DNA of 64,000 nt from an uncultured Thermoleophilia bacterium (GTDB taxonomy: Bacteria > Actinomycetota > Thermoleophilia > UBA2241), in assembly GCA_963808735.1 (NCBI GenBank), contig CAWEHE010000012.1:55051-119050 (forward strand), in the 5' to 3' direction. Of this stretch, positions 20,255 through 28,435 are shown one piece after another (positions within the stretch are counted from its first letter, which is position 1; every line of letters begins with the position of its first letter). The translations under genes were made by a program, and so were the position numbers. The notes under the pieces were generated by a model that saw only the letters and a list, made by a program, of their open reading frames with translations, searched no databases and was not told the DNA's origin.

Positions 20255-21690
20255 TCAGAAGGCGGGAGCGACGCCGCACACGTCGGCGAGCGCGGCGAGC
20301 TGGTCGTCGCTCAGCGCCGGCCGCCAGTCCTCACGGGCCGCCAGCATGCGCCGCCACGCGCTCGCGCGCGACATCCACCTCGTCCTGGCCGTCGGCCTTC
20401 CAGGCGTCGTAGGACGTGCGCGCGGAGACGACCGAGCGGAACTGCTCGCCGGCGCGGACGCGCTTGCGCGTGTCCTTCTCGGCGAGGAAGTGCCCGCCGA
20501 TGCCCACCCGCTCGACCGCCTCGGCGAGGATCTCGTCGTGCGAGACGGTGACCTCGCCCAGCAGGCGGCGGATCATGGCCGGCGAGCTCGCAGTCGATGA
20601 CGATCTGCGGCAGGTACAGCAGGTCGACCGAGTCGAGCATGCCGACGCCGCCGGAGAGGATGTCCGCGCCGGCGGCGCACGACGTGAGGCCGCGGAGAGC
20701 CTTCTCGTACCCCGCCTGGATGCCGGGGTGCTTGGCGTCGGTGCCGAGGCCCGGCACCGTGACCGGCACCCCGAGCAGGTGGCCGACCTCGATGGACGCG
20801 GCCGCCATGAGCAGCGACTCCGGCGCGCCGTAGGCGACGCGGGCGGCGCGCATGTCCATGATGTTGCTGGACGCGCCGAAGAGCAGCTTGGCGCCGGGCA
20901 CCACGCTCTGCACGGCCGTGGCGACGCCCATGAACTCGGCGACGGCGAGCGTGACCCCGGCGGAGATGGTGATGGGCGCCGTCGCCCCCGACATCGGGAT
21001 CGTGTACACCTTGACCGGCACGCCGTTCGCGGCCGCCTCGATGTGGAAGTCGAGCGTGTCGCCGTCGGCCTGCAGCGGCGACGCGGCCGTGAGCAGCGTG
21101 CTGAACCGGGGGCGCGCCCTGAACGCGTCGAGGTCGCCGCAGACGATCTCGGCGATGCGCAGGAGCGGCTCGATCTGCGACGGGCAGTCGACGAACGTGA
21201 CGTGCTTGTCCGACTGCGTGAACATCGTGTAGAAGGTCGTGCGCTCGCGCACGTCCAGCGGGACGTCGTTGGCCGTCACCGTCGTCCAGATGAGGTCCAC
21301 CTCGGGCGAGGCGTCGAGGAGCGCCGTAGCCTTGCTGGAGGTCGTCCAGCGTGGAGAGCCGGCGCTCGCCGGTGGCGTCGTCCAGCACGAAGGCGCCGCA
21401 GCCCGAGGAGCAGAAGTGCGGCCCTCGCCGTCGGCCAGGCGCACGTCCTGCTCCGGGGTGGCGCCGGCCATGACCACCTCGCGCGGGCACGCCTCGAGCG
21501 CGTCGCGCACGAGCTGCGGAGGGAAGCGCACCACGCCGGTGGCGAAGTCCACCGTGGCACCGGCGGCGTCCAGCGCGCCGAGCGCCCGCGAGCCCGTCAT
21601 GCGCATCCCCACGCGCTCGAGGAGAGCCAGGGCCTCCTCGACGATCAGCGACTTCTCGGCATCGCTGAGCCAGGTCGTGCGCTGCTGCAT
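20255..21690 (-). CDS. Trimethylamine methyltransferase (MttB) superfamily protein, non-pyrrolysine type, copy 1; about 4 frameshifts
   Basis: MQQRTTWLSDAEKSLIVEEALALLERVGMRMTG... / GPHFCSSGCGAFVLDDATGERRLSTLDDL / LDASPEVDLIWTTVTANDVP...VTFVDCP...GVPVKVYTIPMSGATAPITISAGVTLAVAEF...SNIMDMRAARVAYGAPESLLMAAASIEVGHLLGVPV...GTDAKHPGIQAGYEKAL...GADILSGGVGMLDS / MIRRLLGEVTVSHDEILAEAVERVGIGGHFLAEKDTRKRVRAGE / ...ALSDDQLAALADVCGVAPAF. No in-frame TAG in the alignable core. Confidence 0.8.
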
Positions 21691-21749
21691 GGGGGCGTCC
21701 TTTCGCTTGCCCGCGCGGACGGGGACGGGCGCGCGGGGCTGGAAGAGCC

Positions 21750-21787
21750 GGGCGGGCGGCGGCCCCCTCCGAGGCCGCCGCCCGCCC
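21750..21787 (-). terminator. Perfect 15-bp GC hairpin between ABC ATPase stop and mttB-like start
   Basis: gggcgggcggcggcc (21750-21764), 8-nt loop ccctccga, ggccgccgcccgccc (21773-21787). It starts 6 nt after the TGA at 21793-21795 on the minus strand. Only a weak U-stretch (ucuucc) follows. Confidence 0.45.
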
Positions 21788-21792
21788 GCGGA

Positions 21793-23591
21793 TCAGGCGT
21801 CGACCGTGACCGGCTCGATGGTCGGCGTGTCGGCGAGGAGCTTGCGGGTGTACTCGTCCTGCGGGTTCGCGAGCACGTCGTCCGTCGGTCCGTACTCGAC
21901 GATGCGGCCCTCGCTCATGACCGCCACGTCGTAGGCGATGCTGCGGATGAGGGCCAGGTTGTGCGTCACGAACAGCATGCAGAGGCCGATCTCCTTCTGC
22001 AGGCGCACGAGCAGCTCCACGATGGAGGCCTGCACGGAGACGTCGAGCCACGACGTGACCTCGTCACAGACGAGCACGGTGGGCTCGGCGGCGAGGGCCC
22101 GCGCGATGGCCACGCGCTGGCGCTCCCCGCCCGAGAGCTGGTCCGGGTAGCGCCCCAGCAGCGTGTCGTCCAGCGAGACGAGATCGAGCACCTCGGCCAG
22201 ACGGTCCTCGCGCTGGTCCCGCGTGTAGTCGAAGAAGATCTGCAGCGGCTGCGAGAGGATCTGGGCGATCGTCTTGCGCGGGTTGAGCGAGCTGTACGGG
22301 TTCTGGAACACGTACTGGATCGAGTGGCGGAGCGCGCGCGAACGGCTGCGGGCGAGCCGCGGGAGCTCCTTGCCCTGGAAGCTGATCTCGCCCTCCACCT
22401 TGAACGGGTGCAGACCGGCGATGCAGCGGGCCAGCGTCGTCTTGCCGCTGCCTGACTCACCGACCAGCGCGAGGCACTCGTGCGCGCGCAGGGTGATGTC
22501 GATGTCGTGCAGGATCTCCTTCTTGCCGTACCAGGCGGTGACGCCGCGCACGGCGACGAGACCCTCCTCGCCGCCGCTCTGCGAGCGCCGCGCCGTCTTC
22601 GCCGGTGATGACCGGCGCCTGGTTGCGGACCTCCTCGTTGCGCCAGCAGCGCACGCGGTGGAACTCACCGACCTCGGCCTCCGGCGGCATCTCCTTCTCG
22701 CACTGCTCGATGGCGTAGGAGCAGCGCGGCTCGAAGGCGCACCCGGGCGGCCGGCGTCCGGGACGCGGCGCGAACCCGGGGATGCCCTCGAGCGTGCGCC
22801 GCCCGCTGAGCACCGGGATCGCGTGCAGCAGTCGGCGCGTGTAGGGGTGGCTGGCGCCGGCGAACAGCTCGGCCGCCGGGCCGATCTCCACGAGCCGCCC
22901 GGCGTACATGACGGCGATGCGGTCGGCCAGCTCCGCCACGACCGCGAGGTCGTGCGTGACGTACACGGCCGCGGCGCGGTGCGTCTTGGTGAGATCGCGG
23001 ATGGTGTCGAGCACGTGGGCCTGCGTGGTCACGTCGAGGCCGGTGGTGGGCTCGTCCAAGCACGATGATCTTGGGCCGGCAGGCGAACGCCATGGCCAGG
23101 GCCACGCGCTGCTGCTGGCCGCCGGAGAGCTGGTGCGGGTAGCGGCGCAGGAACTCCCTGTCGCTCGGCAGGAGCACCTCGGCCATCATCTCCGCGATGC
23201 GGTCCTGGCGCTCCTCGTCGCTCTTGCCGAAGTTGTGCACCTCGAGGATCTCGCGAAGCTGCAGGCCGATGCGCAGCGCGGGGTTCAGCGCCGAGCCCGG
23301 GTCCTGCGGCACGTAGCTGATCACGCCGCCGCGCAGCTGGCGCAGCTGGCCGGCGCCGAGCGAGAGCACGTCCTTCTCGTCGATCGTGATGCTGCCGCCG
23401 GAGATCTTGGCGCCGCGACGCTGGAAGTTGAGCAGCGACGTCGCGGCGGTGGTCTTGCCGGAGGCGGACTCGCCGACGAGGCCCAGGACCTCGCCCTCGA
23501 CGAGCTCGAAGTTGACCTCGTGGTCGATCTCGACGCCGGAGGGGTCGAGGGCGATCTCGAGATCCTTGACGGTGAGGATGATCTTGCTCAT
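21793..23591 (-). CDS. ABC transporter ATP-binding protein with two fused ATPase domains (DppD/DppF-like); frameshifts near 23060 and 22590
   Basis: Domain 1: [14 protein letters not shown] (Walker A), [15 protein letters not shown], then [12 protein letters not shown] after a shift, and SHPYTRRLL...CAFEPRC (oligopeptide C-terminal motif). Domain 2: [47 protein letters not shown]. The linker ...[13 protein letters not shown] / [14 protein letters not shown] joins the two. Confidence 0.8.
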
Positions 23592-23592
23592 C

Positions 23593-24577
23593 TCACGCCC
23601 CCGTGTCCCGCTCGATGCCGATCATGGCCCGCGAGATGCCGTCGGTGGCGAGGTTCACGCCGATCGTGAGGATGGCGATGAGCGCCACCGGGATGAACAC
23701 CGAGTAGGGCTGGATGATGAGGCCGATGCGGTTCTCGTTGATCATGAGGCCCCAGTCGCAGGCCGGCGGCTGCATGCCGAAGCCGAGGAAGGAGAGGGCG
23801 GCGATGAGGCCGATGGAGTAGGTGAGGCGCAGGCCGAACTCCACGAACAGCGGGCTCGTGATGGTCGGCAGGATCTCTCCGAAGGCGATCTTGAGGCGCG
23901 ACACGCCCAGCGACTCGGCCGCCTTGACGAAGTCGCGCTCCTTGACCTCCAGCGTGGATCCGCGGGCGACGCGGGCGATGCGCGGCGCGTGCGAGAGGCC
24001 GACAGTGAGCACGATCAGCCAGAGGCGCGGCCCCAGCACCGACACGAGCAGCAGCACCAGCACGATCTGCGGGAAGGCGAGGAAGACGTCGAGGAGACGC
24101 ATGATGACGTCGTCCACGGCCGCACGCGCGTAGCCGGCGAAGAGGCCGAGCGAGACGCCGATGACCATGCCGATGGCGGTCGCGATGAACGAGAGGATGA
24201 GCACGGAGCGGCCGCCGTAGAGCACGCGGCTGAGCACGTCGCGGCCGAGCACGTCGCCGCCGAGCCTGGCCACGGAGCTGGGCTTGGCGAACGGCGCCAC
24301 GACGAACTCGAAGGGCGAGTGCGGCGCCACGTAGGGGCCGATCACGGCGATCGCCAGGATGAGCGAGGAAGAGGCCGAGGCCGATCTGCGTGCGCCGGTA
24401 GTGCAGGGCGTCGGCGAGCAGCTGCAGCCACTCGCTGCGGCGCCGCTTGCCGCGGACCGGCGCCATGCCCAGGTCGTGGCCCAGCTGCGGCTCGAGCGGC
24501 TCGTTGAGGCCTTCGTCGGGGCCCAGGTTGATGTCGCTGGTCACTCCCATTCTGAGGATGGAGGCGTCTGTACTCAT
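23593..24577 (-). CDS. ABC transporter permease (DppC/OppC-like); one frameshift near 24350
   Basis: ...IGPYVAPHSPFEF...GGDVLGRDVLSRVLYGGRSVL...DVIMRLLDVFLAFPQIVLVLLL...VKERDFVKAAESLGVSRLKIAFGEILP (EAA-type loop). The ATG overlaps the upstream permease TGA (ATGA). Confidence 0.8.
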
Positions 24578-25535
24578 TGCAGACCCGTCCTCAGCCGCGG
24601 GCTGACGAGGATGGTGAGGATGTCGGCGATGAGGTTGAAGCCGACGTAGAGGCTGGCGATGAGGAGCACGATGGCCTGGATGACCGGCACGTCGCGGTTG
24701 GCGACGGCGTCGACGAGGCCCGAGCCGATGCCGGGGTAGTTGAAGAGGTACTCGACGACCACGACGCCGCCGGCGAGCCAGGCCAGGTTGAGGGCGATGA
24801 CCTGGATCGCGGGGATGACCGCGTTGGGCAGGGCGTGCCGCCGCAGCACGATGTTCTCGGGCATGCCCTTGAGGCGCGCCATCTGCACGTACTCGCTCTC
24901 GAGCACCTCGATCATGGAGGCGCGCAGGATGCGGATGATGTAGGGCGCCACGGCGAGGATCAGCGTGAGCGCCGGGAGGATGAGCATGTCCATCTGCTGC
25001 CAGATGGACTCCCCGGGTTCACGCGCGATACCGCCGGGAAGATGTGGAAGACCTGCGTGGCCAGCAGCATGATCAGGAGGATGCCGATCACGAACTCGGG
25101 CAGGGCGGCGAGGCCCAGGCTCCCGAGCGAGACGGCCGTGTCGAAGGGTCTGTCTCGTAGCAGCCCGCTCAAGCTGCCGATGAGGATGGAGATGGGGATG
25201 CTGATGATGGCGGCCACGAACACGAGCGCCGCCGAGTTCATGATGCGGTTGCCGAGAAGCGTCATGACCGGCTGAGAGGCCACGAGGGAGTCGCCGAGGT
25301 CGCCCCTGACGATGTTACCGAGCCATTTTGCGTACTGCGTGGTGGCCGGCTCGTTGAGCCCCAGCCGCTCGCGCAGTTCCTTGAGGCGCTCGGGCGTGGC
25401 CGAGCGGCCCAGGATGGCGCGCGCCGTGTCGCCGGGAAGCGCCTGCGTGGCCGCGAACACGAGCACCGACACGAGGAAGAGTGTCAGTATCCCGAGCCCC
25501 ACGCGGCGCAGGATGATCTTCAGCAAGGGTGGCAC
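24574..25535 (-). CDS. ABC transporter permease (DppB/OppB-like); one frameshift near 25010
   Basis: MPPLLKIILRRVGLGILTLFLVSVLVFAATQALPGD...LGLNEP...YAKWLGNIVRGDLGDS / ...LILPALTLILAVAPYIIRILRASMIEVLESEYVQMARLKGMPENIVLRRHALPNA. Confidence 0.8.
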
Positions 25536-25621
25536 TTCCCGCCGACCTCCTTTGGTACGCAGGTGGGGCCGGCGCCGGTAGCGGCGCCGGCCCCACTCCG
25601 GTCAGTTCGCGCTGCCGTCCG

Positions 25622-27289
25622 TCAAGCGAAGTACACGAGATTGAAGCGGCCCTTGTTGGCGGCCTCGGCGCCCCACGTGTCGGGGATGACGCCGCCGAGC
25701 TTGTCGCTGTAGCCGTCCAGCAGGTTGTTGAACGACCAGACGATGTTGCCGCCGGAGTTGTACTCGATGGTGCTGGCCTCGGTGATCAGCTCGTTGCGCT
25801 TGGCGTCGTCCACCGTCTTCATGGCTTCTTCGACCAGGGCCACCCACGTGGGGTCGTCCCAGTGCGTCTCGTTGTACACGGCTCCCGGGATGGTGCCGAC
25901 CGACGTCTGCGGCAGGTAGTTCCGCGTCGCCCAGAAGTCCATGGCGAAGGTCCACTTGAGGTAGTCGTCGCCGTAGAACACGCTGGGGTCGACCTGCTTG
26001 ACGTTGATGGTCACGCCGGCGGCCTTGGCCTGCTGCGCGTACACCTGGGCGGCCTGCACGCCGCCGGCGCCGGTGGCCGTGGAGCAGACGAGCTCGACGG
26101 TGAGGTTACCGTCGTAGCCGGCCTTCTTGAGCAGCGACTTGGCCTGCTCGATGTCCTGCTCACGCTGTGGCAGGTCGCTCGGGTAGCCGGGGTCGAACGG
26201 CGCGTACATGTCGTTGCCGACCCACCCGTAGCCGCCGTAGGCCTGGTCGATCATCTGCTGGCGGTCGAGGATGTACTTGAAGGCCTGGCGGACGTCGACG
26301 CTGTCGAACGGCTTCTGGTCGACGCGCACCGTGAAGGGCTGCCAGCCGCCGGTCTTGGCCTCGAGAAGCGTGTAGCCGGGAGTAGCCTTGAGCGTGGCCG
26401 CCTGGGTGGCGTCGACGATGACCGCGTAATCGACCTGGCCGCCGAGCAGGGCGTTGAGCTTGGCGGTGGGATCGGCGAACTCGACGAACGTCAGGGTGTC
26501 TGCGTAAGGACCCTCGCCCCAGTAGTTCTCATTGGCGGCGAACTCCTCCTGCTGGCCCGGGGTGAACGACGTGACCTTCCACGGGCCGGTGCCGATGGCG
26601 CCCTCCATGCCCTTGGGCGCGTAGTCCACCGGCACGATGGCGTTGTTGTAGTACGCCAGGGCCTCGTAGAAGATCACGTTGGGCTTGTCGAGCGTGAACT
26701 GCACCGTGAGGTCGTCCACCTTCTTGATGCCGGCGGCGTTGAGACCGGAGAGCATGTCCAGGCCGATGGCGCCTGTCTTGGGATCCAGGATGCGGTTGAA
26801 GCTGTAGACCACGGCGTCCGCGTTGACCGGCGAGCCGTCGTGGAACGTGAGACCCGACTTGAGCTTGACCGTGTGCGTCTGGCCGGTCGAGTCAGGTTCG
26901 TAGGTCTCCGCCAGCAGCATCTCCAGCTTGTGCTCGGGGTCCCACCCCATGAGCGAGTCGTACAGCTGGAACTGCGTGCTGATCTGCGTCTCTGTGGTGG
27001 CGATCTGCGCGTCGAGCGTGTCCTTGGCGGAGCCGCCGCCGATACCCACCTTGAGGGCGCCGCCCTTCTTGGGCCCGCCGGCAGCGGCCGAACCCGAGGC
27101 GGCCGGCGAAGCGGTCTCGCTCGAGCTGCTGCTGCCGCACGCGGAGGCCACGGAGCCGAACGCAGCGACCGCGCCGACGGCGGCCGCGCCCTTCAGCAGG
27201 CCACGCCGCGTCACGCGCTTGTCGTTGACCACCTCGTAGATCTCACCGACTTCGAACCCTGAGTTCTTGTCCTGCTGAGTCACTTGCAC
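25622..27289 (-). CDS. ABC transporter substrate-binding protein, family 5 (peptide/opine/nickel type), TAT/lipobox signal; intact
   Basis: Uninterrupted 555-codon ORF. RRGLLKGAAAVGAVAAFGSVASACGSS gives twin-Arg plus lipobox Cys. GGALKVGIGGGSAKDTLD...TYEPDSTGQTHTVKLKSGLTFHDGSPVNADAVVYSF is typical of SBP_bac_5. The start could be the GTG 6 nt downstream. Confidence 0.85.
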   Translation of the reverse strand: MQVTQQDKNSGFEVGEIYEVVNDKRVTRRGLLKGAAAVGAVAAFGSVASACGSSSSSETASPAASGSAAAGGPKKGGALKVGIGGGSAKDTLDAQIATTETQISTQFQLYDSLMGWDPEHKLEMLLAETYEPDSTGQTHTVKLKSGLTFHDGSPVNADAVVYSFNRILDPKTGAIGLDMLSGLNAAGIKKVDDLTVQFTLDKPNVIFYEALAYYNNAIVPVDYAPKGMEGAIGTGPWKVTSFTPGQQEEFAANENYWGEGPYADTLTFVEFADPTAKLNALLGGQVDYAVIVDATQAATLKATPGYTLLEAKTGGWQPFTVRVDQKPFDSVDVRQAFKYILDRQQMIDQAYGGYGWVGNDMYAPFDPGYPSDLPQREQDIEQAKSLLKKAGYDGNLTVELVCSTATGAGGVQAAQVYAQQAKAAGVTINVKQVDPSVFYGDDYLKWTFAMDFWATRNYLPQTSVGTIPGAVYNETHWDDPTWVALVEEAMKTVDDAKRNELITEASTIEYNSGGNIVWSFNNLLDGYSDKLGGVIPDTWGAEAANKGRFNLVYFA

Positions 27290-27487
27290 TCCCCCTGTCC
27301 TGAGACTTCCACCGGCTCAGCCCACCCCGGCCGGCATGTGCGGCCCGCACCCGCGCGGGTCGAGACGTCTGCTGTGACCTGCTCTTCTACGAGTGATCGA
27401 ACCCCCTTGGACTGCTCTGGCGAATCGCGGGAGGCGGGGACTGTCGGCACAATGTATCCGCCCGGGTGGTTCGCCAAGTTGGAAGGG

Positions 27488-27517
27488 ACTCTAGAAGCCC
27501 GCGTTCCGTCTTGTCAA
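27488..27517 (-). promoter_or_regulatory. Candidate promoter of the ABC transporter operon, implying an approximately 190-nt leader
   Basis: Minus strand reads TTGACA (27517-27512), 18 nt, TAGAGT (27493-27488). The downstream leader contains nested inverted repeats (GGCGAA...CCCGGGCGG...CCGCCTCCCG...TTCGCC; ACCCGC/GCGGGT). Confidence 0.35.
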
Positions 27518-27776
27518 TAACGAATGGTCCGGGCACACTAGCACCCGCGGTGACCGGGGACAAGGCCTAGTAACGGAATCAGAAGGAAGAACCCCACAAG
27601 GCCTCAGCTTCTTCATCGACTCTGCCGATTTGGTTTGCCTTGTCGCAACGGAACGAGCAGAAGACTTGCAGATGCAGAACAGCGACTCCATCCATCGGCG
27701 CCCGCCTTGCGTCCCTCCGTCCCGGCGGATACGACGACCCGTATGATAGGTGGCGGGTGTCCTGTTCGTCAACGCA

Positions 27777-27805
27777 TTGACAGTAGTTCCTCCGGTCGAT
27801 ACTAC
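27777..27805 (+). promoter_or_regulatory. Candidate promoter of the Lrp/AsnC regulator gene
   Basis: TTGACA (27777-27782), 17 nt, TACTAC (27800-27805). The -10 is weak, and an alternative GATACT sits 2 nt upstream. Confidence 0.3.
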
Positions 27806-27877
27806 TGAGTACGGGAGTATCACCGTTCCCGATGCCCCTGACCTGTACTGGCTGCGGGAGGACTCGAGCCCGCGCGA

Positions 27878-28390
27878 GTGGGATATCATGCGGGAACGAC
27901 GGAACAGGGGGGCGACGTGGACGATCTCGACCGGCGGATCCTTGTCAAGCTGCAGGAAGACGGCAGCCTGACGAACGCACGTCTCGCCGAGACCCTCGGT
28001 CTGTCCCAGTCGGCGATGTCCGAACGCGTGCGCCGCCTGCAGCAGGAAGGCCACATCCAGGGCTACCGCGCCATCATCGCTCCCGGCAGCCTGGGCATCG
28101 GCCTGCAGGCGTTCGTGGCGGCGGAACTCGTGCGGCACGGCACGGACTGCATCGAGGAGTTCGAGGGGGGCGTGCGGGCCTTGCCGGAGATCCGTGCCTG
28201 CTACCACGTCGCCGGCCGCTTCGACTATCTCCTGCACGTCGCCGTGCGCGACCTCGAGCACCTCGGCCGGGTGGTCAAGCACGACATCGCCGCCATCCCG
28301 GGCGTGGACCGGGTCGAGACCATGCTGGTCTACTCCGAGGTCAAGCCCGACGCCGGCTGGCCGGAGCCCGACGACGGGCCGGCGGAGTAG
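27878..28390 (+). CDS. Lrp/AsnC family transcriptional regulator; intact
   Basis: DDLDRRILVKLQEDGSLTNARLAETLGLSQSAMSERVRRLQQEGHIQGY (HTH) followed by a RAM/ACT-like domain (...ACYHVAGRFDYLLHVAVRDLEHLGRVV...IPGVDRVETMLV). An alternative start is GTG 27917. Stop is TAG. Confidence 0.85.
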   Translation: MGYHAGTTEQGGDVDDLDRRILVKLQEDGSLTNARLAETLGLSQSAMSERVRRLQQEGHIQGYRAIIAPGSLGIGLQAFVAAELVRHGTDCIEEFEGGVRALPEIRACYHVAGRFDYLLHVAVRDLEHLGRVVKHDIAAIPGVDRVETMLVYSEVKPDAGWPEPDDGPAE

Positions 28391-28435
28391 CCGCGCGGGC
28401 GGCGCGCAAGGCGCGCCGACGTCCGCTGCCGTAGC

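Noticed and set aside
27290-27487. A cobalamin riboswitch in the long leader, attractive because of the corrinoid-dependent MttB family.
   Set aside because: I could not find a B12-box-like core (GCCACTG context) or the conserved GGTG/AATCC segments. It is kept only as an unspecified structured leader.
27481-27500. The sequence gggaCTCTAGaagccc, superficially like the CUCUAAA anticodon loop of tRNA-Pyl.
   Set aside because: The loop sequence differs. The flanking bases do not form an anticodon stem, and no acceptor or T-arm (GTTCGAATC-like) is nearby. The CTA is better explained as part of a -10 element (TAGAGT on the minus strand).
27750-27971. 73-aa ORF inside the SBP/lrp intergenic region.
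   Set aside because: It has no RBS, overlaps the lrp start region and the candidate lrp promoter, and has no recognisable family.
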